Program-made: the position numbers and the translations under genes
Shown: piece after piece, positions 55,321 through 64,000 of the stretch
Layout: every line of letters begins with the position of its first letter
Position numbering within the stretch: the stretch's first letter is position 1
NCBI GenBank assembly: GCA_965116585.1
Contig: OZ220714.1
Span: 1,477,088-1,541,087, forward strand
DNA: 64,000 nt
Origin: Gammaproteobacteria bacterium
GTDB lineage: Bacteria > Pseudomonadota > Gammaproteobacteria > Eutrophobiales > Eutrophobiaceae
Direction: 5' to 3'
Notes under the pieces: generated by a model
The model's input: only the letters and a program-made list of their open reading frames with translations
Databases searched by the model: none
What the model was told of the DNA's origin: nothing

Positions 55321-56802
55321 ATGATCTATCGCGACCTGACTCTGGAAATAATCAAGGCAGCAACCCGGGCGCCAGCCATAACGCTGACGGGACCCAGGCA
55401 GAGTGGCAAGACGTTGTTATGCAGGGCACTATTTCCAGACCACCCGTACAGAACGCTTGAGGACCCTGACCAGCGCGCGTTTGCACTGGAGGACCCTCGA
55501 ACATTTCTGGCGCAATTTCCAGATGGCGCAGTCATTGACGAGGTGCAACGCGTACCCGGACTGCTATCGTATCTACAGGGTATCATCGATAACAACCCTG
55601 TGCCCGGACGTTGGATACTCAGCGGTTCACAAAATTTGTCCTTGCTGGAATCAATCAGCCAGTCACTGGCAGGACGAACCGAGGTGCACCAGCTATTACC
55701 ACTGACCTGGAGTGAGATCAGTCGCTTCGCCAAGTACCCCAAACGCCTTGAAGATATCCTGTTCAGCGGTGGCTATCCCCGCATATTCGATCGTGAGCTT
55801 GAGCCATCTGCCTGGTTACGCTCCTATGTCGCCACTTATCTTGAACGGGACGTTCGAATGCTGGGTAACGTGGGAGACCTGGTGACATTTCAACGCTTCG
55901 TCGAGCTATGTGCCGGCCGCACCGGACAACTGCTGAACTATTCCTCCCTGGCCAACGATTGCGGCATTTCCCAACCGACCGCAAAAACCTGGTTCAGCAT
56001 TCTGGAGGCCAGTTTTATTGCTTTCCGCCTGCCTTCGTTCAGCTTCAGATTACGTAAACGTCTGGTAAAGATGCCAAAGTTGTATTTTTACGATACCGGA
56101 CTGGTCTGCTGGCTACTGGGAATCCGTGAAGCGCAACAACTCCTCACACATCCTCTACGCGGCGCCATTTTCGAGACCTGGATCACATCGGAAATCCTGA
56201 AACATCGTACCAATCAGGGCGAAACCCGAGGACTTTCATTCTATCGGGACAGCAACGGCGCCGAAGTTGATCTTGTTATTGAACAGCCTGATGGTATAAC
56301 GCTGCTCGAGGCCAAATCCTCCGCAACCCCGGCAAAAAGATTGTTTGACAGTGTCAGGCGAGTGCAACGGCATTTCCCCGATGCGCCATTGCCGGAATTG
56401 ACGGTAGTTTACGGTGGCGAGGAATTTCAACAGCGTGCAGAAGGCCGGCTGATACCGTGGCGGATGCTGCGTGCAACGGCGCTGCCTGATGCCGGCGCCA
56501 TCGTGCGGGTCAGTTCGGGAGGGCATCCGCTCGCGTCTGCCGACATACTTGCGTTATTCCCAAACAAAACCTTCAAGTCCGCACAGACAGATGAACACGG
56601 CGAGGCGAGACTTGATTTGCATTCCCTTCATCTTCCAATGACGGTGTTCGTGACTGCCAACGGGTTCAGGGCACACTTGCAGCAGAACTGGGTGCCCGCC
56701 GAGCAGATACTGCATATCAATCTAGCTCCGCTTCAGAGTGGGGGGTCGGTAATTTTTCCAAATAATTTTACTATGATCGCCTCAAGAAATCCGAGCATAT
56801 GA
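55321..56802 (+). CDS. AAA-family ATPase with DUF4143 domain (paralog of 9405..10580) and a ~100-aa C-terminal extension
   Basis: Walker A ITLTGPRQSGKTLL. Alignable with the first paralog over ~390 aa. Confidence 0.8.
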   Translation: MIYRDLTLEIIKAATRAPAITLTGPRQSGKTLLCRALFPDHPYRTLEDPDQRAFALEDPRTFLAQFPDGAVIDEVQRVPGLLSYLQGIIDNNPVPGRWILSGSQNLSLLESISQSLAGRTEVHQLLPLTWSEISRFAKYPKRLEDILFSGGYPRIFDRELEPSAWLRSYVATYLERDVRMLGNVGDLVTFQRFVELCAGRTGQLLNYSSLANDCGISQPTAKTWFSILEASFIAFRLPSFSFRLRKRLVKMPKLYFYDTGLVCWLLGIREAQQLLTHPLRGAIFETWITSEILKHRTNQGETRGLSFYRDSNGAEVDLVIEQPDGITLLEAKSSATPAKRLFDSVRRVQRHFPDAPLPELTVVYGGEEFQQRAEGRLIPWRMLRATALPDAGAIVRVSSGGHPLASADILALFPNKTFKSAQTDEHGEARLDLHSLHLPMTVFVTANGFRAHLQQNWVPAEQILHINLAPLQSGGSVIFPNNFTMIASRNPSI

Positions 56803-56810
56803 ACATTTGG

Positions 56811-57800
56811 CTATTGACCGGAGAGCGTTGATTCTCTTATCGGAAGCGTCTCGAGCAGGCGTTCCGTTTCCTGAACCAGCTCATTGACTATTTCACCGGC
56901 TGGTTTGATTGAATCCACACTGCCCACGCTTTGTCCGGCGTACTGGGCCATGGCTTCAACATTCCCGATGCTGCCGACAAGAGGAGAAAATACGCTGAAA
57001 CGGGGGACATCTATGGTATTACCACCCAGTTGTATCTCCCCCACTATACCGTCTTCACTGGCTTTGGCCGCTGCCAGGGATTGTTTCAATACCCGGTGCG
57101 GCGCATCGGGCCACATGACCGAGAAGCGATCGGTGTACACTGCATCTTCACTTTTTGCATTCAGGAGATTCTGGATATATTGCGGGTGATAACCGGATTC
57201 AGGCGTGGCGACGAAACGTGTGCCCATGCGCACCGCGCCGGCGCCGGCAGCCAGCGCGGCGGCGATCCCGGACGCGTTGGCAATGCCCCCTGCGGCAATA
57301 ACCGGGGTCTGCACTTGTTCCAGGACATTTTCCAGTATGGGCAACAGGGAAACCGTGCCTCTGACGTGCCCCCCGGCCTCGAATCCTTGCACGATGACAA
57401 AATCACACCTGGCCTCAACAGCCGATACGGCTTCATCAACACCGCCGACCTGCCAAGCAGCCAGCGCCTTGCCTGCATGGACCTGTTTAACCAGATCACT
57501 ATCCGGGTCTCCATAGAAAAACTCCACAACACGGCAGCGCCGGGCGGCTATGTCAATGACGCTCCTGTCCTCCAGGAACGGAATAAGAAAATTGATACCC
57601 AGACATCCTGGAGAAACGTCGCCAATTTCGTCCAGCGTGGTTTCCAGGGTCGCCGGAGACAATAACGTGCCGCTCAGCATACCCAAAGCGCCAGCCCTGG
57701 CGACAGCAGCCCCCAACGCCGGTGATGCCGTACCCATGCCCGCGTTCTGGATAGGATGTCGGCAGCCGACCAGTTCAGTGAATGCTGTGGTTATTGTCAA
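56811..57800 (-). CDS. Nitronate monooxygenase / 2-nitropropane dioxygenase-family FMN enzyme
   Basis: N-terminus LVGCRHPIQNAGMGTAS. TIM-barrel FMN-binding motifs. Confidence 0.85.
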   Translation of the reverse strand: MTITTAFTELVGCRHPIQNAGMGTASPALGAAVARAGALGMLSGTLLSPATLETTLDEIGDVSPGCLGINFLIPFLEDRSVIDIAARRCRVVEFFYGDPDSDLVKQVHAGKALAAWQVGGVDEAVSAVEARCDFVIVQGFEAGGHVRGTVSLLPILENVLEQVQTPVIAAGGIANASGIAAALAAGAGAVRMGTRFVATPESGYHPQYIQNLLNAKSEDAVYTDRFSVMWPDAPHRVLKQSLAAAKASEDGIVGEIQLGGNTIDVPRFSVFSPLVGSIGNVEAMAQYAGQSVGSVDSIKPAGEIVNELVQETERLLETLPIRESTLSGQ

Positions 57801-58037
57801 TAGTGACCGCCTGCCTCATACTATGAGTCTGTGCGTTCTTTCATAGTGTTAATCACACTTGATCGTATTTTATTCGAGCCTGTTGTCAACAAATATGGCC
57901 GTTGCAAATGACAACGCTCATCTTACCGGATACGGATTGCACCCGGTATCCGACCGAAAGGAAGTGGAATTTGGTATTGCATTGCCTGAATCCCAGGACT
58001 ATACTCGACATAAATATGTGTTCTTAGGGAGAGAATT

Positions 58038-58229
58038 TTGACCATGTTCAAAATAAGACAACATTCCAGAGAGGAAGTATCCGAGTTTCTCGAGGATGCT
58101 GCGATAAGATTCTTTCAGGACCCCAATGTCCAGGAAATTCTGAGATCTGAACCTGAAACCAGCAAAATGCTTGATGAAGCACTCAAGCGGCAACAAACGG
58201 CAACTACGATTTTGCAAAAACCGTTCTGA
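58038..58229 (+). CDS. Small hypothetical protein (63 aa) in an AT-rich intergenic patch
   Basis: GGGAGAG RBS 8 nt upstream of the ATG. No recognisable motif. Confidence 0.3.
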   Translation: MTMFKIRQHSREEVSEFLEDAAIRFFQDPNVQEILRSEPETSKMLDEALKRQQTATTILQKPF

Positions 58230-58367
58230 CTTCAGGAATTGGCGGTGCGGTAATTGGCGGTATTGCGACTTATTATTTTCAACGCTGTGATAAGTGAAAG
58301 AGACTGTGGGATGTGAGTACTGCAGCCTAATCCGGTACACAGTTGTTCCTCATGGAATACCTGAAAA

Positions 58368-61300
58368 TCACTCAATCACCACCAGCAAATCGCCGTTGTC
58401 CACCACGTGGTTGGCGCTCACGACTACTCGTTTGATGATGCCGCTTTTCCCTGCGGGGATGGAGGATTGCATTTTCATGGCCTCCAGCACTACCACTGTA
58501 TCGCCCTGCCGGACGCGTTCCCCGGCTGATACCTCTACGGCTACTACCAGTCCCGGCATAGGCGCGGCGAGTTGGCCGGGATCGGCGGGGTCGGCTTTTT
58601 CGTTCTGGTGGACTTCGTGGCTGAGGCTGTTGTCCCTGACGATAACGGTCTGGGGTTGGCCGTTCAGCTCGAAGAATACCCGGCGCATGCCCTCTTCGTC
58701 CGGCTCGGAGGTGGCCAGGTAATGCACTATCGCCTGCCGGTGGCCTTCAAAGGATAAAACCGTCTCCTCGCCGATCGCCAGTCCGTAGAAGAAAACATGG
58801 GTGGGCAACAGGCTGACCGCGGCGTATTTGCGTTTCATTTCGACATAGTCGAGAAACACGTTCGGGTACATCAGGTAGGACGCCAGGTCAAAATCGGACA
58901 CCTCTTCCTTGAGTTGGGCCTTGAGGTTGTCCCTGGCCAGTTCCAGGTCAACCGGCGCCAGTGACGCGCCGGGGCGGCCTTGTAGCGGCGCTTTACCGTT
59001 CAGTACCTTGGCCTGCAACGCCGGTGGAAACCCGCCCACGGGTTGTCCCATTTCGCCGTGAAAAAACTGGATGACCGATTCGGGAAAGGCAATTTCCTGG
59101 TCGGGATCGAGGATGTCCTGTTGCGTCAGCCCGGCCGTCACCATGGCCAGGGCCATGTCGCCCACTACCTTGGAGGTCGGCGTGACCTTGATGATATCCC
59201 CGAACAGCTCGTTCACGTCCGCGTAAGCCCGGGCGATTTCCGGCCAGCGCCGGTCGATGCCCAGGGAGCGCGCCTGTTCGCGCAGGTTGGTGTACTGGCC
59301 GCCCGGCATTTCATGCACGTAAACTTCCGAGGCGCCCGCGCGTATCTCCGGTTCAAATGCACAGTATTGTTCCCTCACTTCTTCCCAGTACCGGCTGATC
59401 ACCTGGATGGCCTCCGTGTCCAGGTGCGTGCTGCGGTCGGTATGTTCCAGGGCCGCAACGATCGCGCCCAAGTTCGGCTGCGAGGTCAGGCCGCTCATGC
59501 TGTCGATGGCGGCATCGACAATATCCGCGCCCGCTTCCACCGCGGCCAGCACGGTGCCCGCGGAGATGCCGCTGGTATCATGGGTATGCAGGTGGATGGG
59601 CAGGTCAATCTCCTGTTTCAACGCGGTGATCAGCAACCGCGCCGCGCCCGGCTTCAGCAGGCCGGCCATGTCTTTTATGCCCAGGATATGCGCGCCCATG
59701 TCGCGGTATTTGCCGGCCAGGTCCAGGTAGTAATCCAGTGTGTATTTCTGTTTGCCCGGATCCAGTATGTCACCCGTATAACAGATTGCCGTCTCGATGA
59801 CTTTCCCGGTTTCCCCGACCGCATCCACGGCCACCTGCATATTTTCCGGCCAGTTCAGGCTGTCGAAGATCCTGAATACGTCGACACCGGCCGCGGCAGC
59901 CTGCTTGACAAAATACCTGACCACGTTATCCGGATAATTGGTGTAGCCCACCGCGTTGGAAGCGCGCAGCAGCATCTGCTGCATGATGTTGGGCATGGCC
60001 GTGCTCAAGTCGAATAACCGCTGCCACGGGTCTTCATGCAAAAACCTGAGCGCCACGTCGAAGGTGGCGCCGCCCCAGGACTCGACGGAAAACAGCCCGG
60101 ACATGTTATGCGCGTAATACGGCGCGATCGCGACCAGGTCCTTGCTCCTGAGCCGGGTCGCCAGCAGCGACTGGTGTGCGTCACGAAACGTGGTGTCCGT
60201 AACCAGCGGTTGGGGCTGTTCCCGGATCCAGTCCATCAGGCCGCTCGGTCCTGTTTCGTCGAACACTGCCTTGGGTCCGTTTACAGGTGGTTTCCCCACG
60301 CATACCGGCGCCGCGGGCTCACGTAACGAGGCCGGGACAGGCCGGTCCTGCACGTCCTTGTTGCCGTTCACGATCACGTCGGCAATAAAACGGAGCAAGC
60401 GCTCAATCTGGCTTTGCCGCCTGCCGAATTCAAACAACTCGGTCGTCTCGTCGATGAAACGGGTATTGTAAGCGCCGGACTGGAAGCCGGAGTGGTCCAG
60501 AAGTTGTAATAAAAACGGCAGGTTGGTGGCCACCCCGCGCACGCGGAATTCCAGCAGGGCGCGCCGCATTCGGTTGATGCTCTCTTCGCCATCGCCCCCG
60601 CGGGAGGTGACTTTTACCAGCAAGCTGTCGTAGGCGCGGGAGATCCAGGCGCCGGAATAGGCCGCGCCGCCGTCGAGTCGAATGCCGGGTCCCGCGGGAC
60701 TCCGGTAGGCGATGATATTGCCGTAATCCGGGATAAAGTTGTTGTTCGGGTCCTCGGCGGTGACGCGGCATTGCAGCGCGGTGCCGATGACCCGGATATC
60801 GGACTGCGGCGGGATGACCGCGCCGGCCTGGCCGATTTTTTCTCCCTGCGCGATCCTGATTTGCGCCTTGACGATATCAATGCCCGTGATCTCTTCGGTA
60901 ACCGTGTGCTCGACCTGTACCCTGGGATTGACCTCAATGAAATAAAAGGCCTCAGCCGCCTTGTCGTACAGGAACTCCACGGTTGCCGCATTGTCCACGC
61001 CCGCCTTGCGGGCCAGTTTCACCGCCGCCCGGCAGATCTCCTCGCGTTTGTCCGGCGCCAGGTGAATGGCCGGGGCGCGCTCGATCACCTTTTGATGGCG
61101 GCGTTGCAGTGAGCAGTCACGCTCATATAAATGCACGATGTTGCCATGATGATCGCCCAGGATCTGCACTTCGATGTGCAGCGCATCCTCTACCAGCTTT
61201 TCAAAAAACACCTCGTCGTTGCCGAACGCGGTGTTTGCTTCCTGGCGCGCACGCGTGACCACGTCGTGCATACCGTTACCGGCCCTGATCACCCGCATCC

Positions 61301-61838
61301 CGCGCCCGCCCCCGCCCCAACTGGCCTTCAGCATCAGCGGGAAACCGATCGACCCGGCAATGCGTTCCGTCTCCCCCTCATCGTCCGGCAACGGGCCCGA
61401 CGCCGGCATCACGGCAATCCCGGCCCTGTCAGCCAGTTCCCGTGCCTGTACCTTGTTGCCCAGGCCCCGCAACACTGCGGGCCGCGGGCCGATAAAATTG
61501 ATGCCCTGCCGTTCACACTGTTCGGCAAAATCGGCATTTTCGGATAAAAAACCGTAACCGGGATGCAGCGCATCACATTCGGCTTCAACGGCCACGCGCA
61601 GTATATCGGCGCCGTCCAGGTACGCCTCAACAGGCCCCACCCCTATGCCGATCTGGTAAGACTGATCCGGCTTGAACCGGTGCAGGGCCAGACGGTCTTC
61701 CTCGGAGAAGATGCCCACCGTGGCGATGCCCATCTCCTGTGCGGCGCGCACCACCCGCACTGCGATCTCCCCCCGGTTGGCGACAAGTATGCGTTTGATT
61801 GTGTTTCCGGAATTACGCAAGACAAACATCCACGGCAA
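58368..61838 (-). CDS. pyc: Pyruvate carboxylase, single-chain (biotin carboxylase + carboxyltransferase + biotinyl carrier domains)
   Basis: LVANRGEIAVR biotin-carboxylase N-terminus. Carboxyltransferase TIM-barrel motifs. C-terminal EAMKMQ biotin attachment site. 1,156 aa. Confidence 0.95.
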   Translation of the reverse strand: MPWMFVLRNSGNTIKRILVANRGEIAVRVVRAAQEMGIATVGIFSEEDRLALHRFKPDQSYQIGIGVGPVEAYLDGADILRVAVEAECDALHPGYGFLSENADFAEQCERQGINFIGPRPAVLRGLGNKVQARELADRAGIAVMPASGPLPDDEGETERIAGSIGFPLMLKASWGGGGRGMRVIRAGNGMHDVVTRARQEANTAFGNDEVFFEKLVEDALHIEVQILGDHHGNIVHLYERDCSLQRRHQKVIERAPAIHLAPDKREEICRAAVKLARKAGVDNAATVEFLYDKAAEAFYFIEVNPRVQVEHTVTEEITGIDIVKAQIRIAQGEKIGQAGAVIPPQSDIRVIGTALQCRVTAEDPNNNFIPDYGNIIAYRSPAGPGIRLDGGAAYSGAWISRAYDSLLVKVTSRGGDGEESINRMRRALLEFRVRGVATNLPFLLQLLDHSGFQSGAYNTRFIDETTELFEFGRRQSQIERLLRFIADVIVNGNKDVQDRPVPASLREPAAPVCVGKPPVNGPKAVFDETGPSGLMDWIREQPQPLVTDTTFRDAHQSLLATRLRSKDLVAIAPYYAHNMSGLFSVESWGGATFDVALRFLHEDPWQRLFDLSTAMPNIMQQMLLRASNAVGYTNYPDNVVRYFVKQAAAAGVDVFRIFDSLNWPENMQVAVDAVGETGKVIETAICYTGDILDPGKQKYTLDYYLDLAGKYRDMGAHILGIKDMAGLLKPGAARLLITALKQEIDLPIHLHTHDTSGISAGTVLAAVEAGADIVDAAIDSMSGLTSQPNLGAIVAALEHTDRSTHLDTEAIQVISRYWEEVREQYCAFEPEIRAGASEVYVHEMPGGQYTNLREQARSLGIDRRWPEIARAYADVNELFGDIIKVTPTSKVVGDMALAMVTAGLTQQDILDPDQEIAFPESVIQFFHGEMGQPVGGFPPALQAKVLNGKAPLQGRPGASLAPVDLELARDNLKAQLKEEVSDFDLASYLMYPNVFLDYVEMKRKYAAVSLLPTHVFFYGLAIGEETVLSFEGHRQAIVHYLATSEPDEEGMRRVFFELNGQPQTVIVRDNSLSHEVHQNEKADPADPGQLAAPMPGLVVAVEVSAGERVRQGDTVVVLEAMKMQSSIPAGKSGIIKRVVVSANHVVDNGDLLVVIE

Positions 61839-61904
61839 AAAAGGATGTCTATCTTATCGCAGTATCAGGTCAAAGCAATAAGGAATGGTTGTCCCACCCA
61901 AAAT

Positions 61905-63161
61905 TCAGGCCTTACTACTATAAATTCCTCTATATTCGTCACGCAGTAGAGCATATTCAATACAGTTGATCAAAAACCGTTTGGCATCCTGCCAGCTTAT
62001 GTTTCGATCAGTGGGTAATTTCCCAAGGAAGACTCTACCGTTTCGCAGCAGATGTGGCGCCTTTGCTCCGACATACTCAAGGACGAGATTTCGCTTTACA
62101 CTGCCCAATTTTCCTGCTGTGAGCCTCCCGTTATGCCAAATCAATGCATGTTGTCCGTTTTTTTCAACAAATTTATCCATATCCAACTGCAAAGAGTGAT
62201 GTGGTTGTTTTTCATAATCGTCAATTGCAATATTCAACTGTGTATTCCCCCTTCGATTTCCCCATGTTGGATCGTTTTTTCGTGACATGGTGCCGGTAAT
62301 TGAAAAACTGACAATCTGGTCGTCTCCATCCTTATCCTTAATGATGAAACTTCGATAATGGCTCGTATATCCTCCACCAGCAGCATTTCCAAAACTGGAA
62401 TAACGCAACGCTAAATCTTCACTAATAGTAATGTTCCTATTTTTGATTGGTAGTTTTGGAGATTTATTTTTATCGCGTAGTAAGCCCACCAGATTGGCGA
62501 AAAAAGGCAAATTTTCATCAGGGCTGTCCACGCCAAAACAACCATAGTCACGATGTCCTTTTTTGCCTGTCCCAAAATCAAACCTCCCATCCCTTATTGC
62601 ATTGGATATGTCCTTGTGCTCTGGGCGTTTCCATGGTTTTTGCTTTTGCCTCCTATAGTCATAGTCCCTGATTTTCATCATCTCTTTGTAAGTTAAAATT
62701 CCTTTTGCATTGTGCCATTCTTCATTTTCTCGAATGACTATTTCAGACTCGACGCCATTAGTCAGAATAACTATTCTGGTTCCAGAACAATCGGCATAAG
62801 TCTTTGCTTGTTCAAAAACACTTTGTGTCAATGGTGTTTCTGGTTTCTTACATTCAACAACAAAAAGTGGTTTTTCTTGCGTGACAAGACCAACAATATC
62901 AGCGCGCCCCCTCGCCCCTCTCTTGTAATGAGACATTGCATCTTCGACACGTAACATTGTTTCTGGCACGCCAACTTTTTCCTGCAAAAAAACGATAAAT
63001 TCTTGCCGTACTTTCTCTTCTTCAGTAACGTGCACAAACATCTTGCGGACTGCACACAAGTAAACATCTTCTCCACCACGCTTATATCGCCTTGGATCCT
63101 TCAGCAATTGAAATGCTAAATTCTTTATTGGCTTTTTCTTTTTTATTGATAGTTGCTTCAA
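61905..63161 (-). CDS. Hypothetical protein with an N-terminal HsdR-N-like PD-(D/E)xK nuclease fold and an unknown ~270-aa C-terminal domain; on an AT-rich islet
   Basis: GRADIVGLV…PLFVVECKKPE is a D…ExK pattern resembling the type I restriction enzyme R-subunit N-terminal domain. Local GC clearly below its flanks. ATGA overlap with the upstream gene. Confidence 0.6.
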   Translation of the reverse strand: MKQLSIKKKKPIKNLAFQLLKDPRRYKRGGEDVYLCAVRKMFVHVTEEEKVRQEFIVFLQEKVGVPETMLRVEDAMSHYKRGARGRADIVGLVTQEKPLFVVECKKPETPLTQSVFEQAKTYADCSGTRIVILTNGVESEIVIRENEEWHNAKGILTYKEMMKIRDYDYRRQKQKPWKRPEHKDISNAIRDGRFDFGTGKKGHRDYGCFGVDSPDENLPFFANLVGLLRDKNKSPKLPIKNRNITISEDLALRYSSFGNAAGGGYTSHYRSFIIKDKDGDDQIVSFSITGTMSRKNDPTWGNRRGNTQLNIAIDDYEKQPHHSLQLDMDKFVEKNGQHALIWHNGRLTAGKLGSVKRNLVLEYVGAKAPHLLRNGRVFLGKLPTDRNISWQDAKRFLINCIEYALLRDEYRGIYSSKA

Positions 63162-63739
63162 GTCATTTCCATACTGATGTAGTTAACAGTGTAATCCTTG
63201 CTCGAACCCTGTGGAGGAATGTCAGGGATAGTCTCTGGTGGTATAACTGGCCCAATCAGGTCATGACGGGTGCTGAGACCATAAGCAACGGCTAATCGAT
63301 AGAAGCCTCTCGGCGCCAACTCCTTAGCCTCAAGGTTCTCCGGCTTCGGAAGATCAATAAAATCCAAGTCAGCTTTTGGTATTGTATGTTTTCCCGCTAA
63401 TTTGAGAGATTCCTCATAAAGTCCGATTTTGCATCCTCCCCCGCATAATAAAACCGGCAGGCTATTCTCCCAGACTTCTGCCAAAGGATTCCGTCGAGTT
63501 TTCGTTTCGTGTAGGACAGCACTGATCAACTTGGTGCATCGGCTACGGAAATTGCTCTCGATCTTTCCGAGTCCCCCGTCATCAATAGGGATAGGCTTAT
63601 AGGCTTCCAAAGGCGGCAGTGGCGAAACCCCGTCATTGATCGCCAGGATTTTGTTCAACTGTTCTTTTACATAGGCTTCCACATCGATTACACGCTGACG
63701 GTGAAGGGAATAACCCGCATATCTCACCAACCCTACCAT
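63158..63739 (-). CDS. Hypothetical 193-aa protein, first gene of the AT-rich two-gene module
   Basis: In-frame stop 5 codons upstream of the ATG, so the N-terminus is complete. No motif I can name (contains LLCGGGCK and a Pro-rich C-terminus). Confidence 0.55.
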   Translation of the reverse strand: MVGLVRYAGYSLHRQRVIDVEAYVKEQLNKILAINDGVSPLPPLEAYKPIPIDDGGLGKIESNFRSRCTKLISAVLHETKTRRNPLAEVWENSLPVLLCGGGCKIGLYEESLKLAGKHTIPKADLDFIDLPKPENLEAKELAPRGFYRLAVAYGLSTRHDLIGPVIPPETIPDIPPQGSSKDYTVNYISMEMT

Positions 63740-64000
63740 ACAGCGACAAACAGGCTATCCGACATTGATTCATACACTGCATAGGGTCGGCAGGACAGGT
63801 CACCACACAAACAGGTGAAGCACATGGCCTGTTTGTCGTAAAAATCGGGTGATATAGCGGCTTTTCCCTGCCCAGGCGGGTGTGAAGCGTTGCTTGGGCC
63901 AAGAGCGGCCGTTCACGGCGGGACAGCCGTGTTGGTCAGGGAACAGGTGCGGGCCGGCAGATCAGCCGGGCGGGTCGGGCACGGGGCGCTCTCGCAGTCG

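Noticed and set aside
61839-61905. ACATCC-N11-GGATGT hairpin between the HsdR-N-like gene and the pyc start, considered as a terminator
   Set aside because: Only a 6-bp stem with an A-rich loop and no downstream U-tract. Not convincing as an intrinsic terminator. Noted only as part of the islet boundary.
63633-63902. 89-aa minus-strand ORF at the right edge of the AT-rich islet
   Set aside because: It overlaps the start of the 193-aa gene and the upstream regulatory inverted repeats. Cys/Pro-rich nonsense-like translation.
1-64000. Search for tRNA, rRNA, CRISPR arrays, transposases and integrases
   Set aside because: I found no cloverleaf-like conserved tRNA boxes (GTTCGAATCC-type T-arms only inside CDS). 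There are no rRNA-like stretches and no regularly spaced direct repeats with unique spacers. No DDE, serine or tyrosine recombinase motifs appear in any frame.

Overview
High-GC (~60%) proteobacterial chromosomal segment. The glyQ-glyS-gmhB-plsC gene order matches gammaproteobacteria such as Pseudomonas. Conserved housekeeping genes (glyQS, gmhB, plsC, pycA, ALDH, thiolase) are interleaved with accessory material. No rRNA, tRNA, CRISPR array, transposase or integrase was seen.

Main blocks, in order:
1. 1-9.3 kb: two paralogous TonB-dependent receptors, a periplasmic amidohydrolase, a TetR regulator and an MBL-fold hydrolase.
2. 9.4-15.3 kb: a DUF4143 AAA ATPase, a HupE/UreJ-like transporter, ALDH, a GFA protein, a quinone oxidoreductase and a [2Fe-2S] ferredoxin.
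3. 15.4-27.7 kb: a long co-directional minus-strand run. It holds an SbcD/YhaO-like phosphoesterase translationally coupled to a YhaN/SbcC-like SMC ATPase. It also holds a DevBCA-TolC-type ABC exporter whose membrane-fusion protein carries an N-terminal PAS domain.
4. 25.4-34 kb: an aromatic-acid/CoA-type catabolic cluster (thiolase, MDR oxidoreductase, VanA-like Rieske oxygenase, PaaK-like CoA ligase, VOC enzyme, citrate-synthase-like protein, alpha/beta hydrolase).
5. 34-43.5 kb: a duplicated locus. It encodes a 2,000-aa serralysin-like metalloprotease-RTX-Calx-beta protein with no signal peptide (type I secretion substrate architecture) and a truncated mosaic paralog. Both carry an unrecognised ~70-aa repeated module. 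A VapBC toxin-antitoxin pair sits at the duplication junction.
6. 43.5-57.8 kb: iclR, plsC, gmhB, glyS, glyQ, a phasin, a GldAFG-like ABC cluster with a DUF4340 gene, a second DUF4143 ATPase and a nitronate monooxygenase.
7. 57.8-64 kb: pyruvate carboxylase, flanked by a ~0.5 kb AT-rich patch and a ~1.9 kb AT-rich islet. The islet carries a two-gene module: an unknown 193-aa protein plus an HsdR-N-like PD-(D/E)xK nuclease-domain protein.

The AT-rich two-gene islet is the best candidate here for an undescribed defence or addiction system. Other notable signals: palindromic elements sharing a conserved core in front of both DUF4143 genes, a 171-bp element bounded by perfect 28-bp inverted repeats, and a recurring GNRA-loop hairpin.
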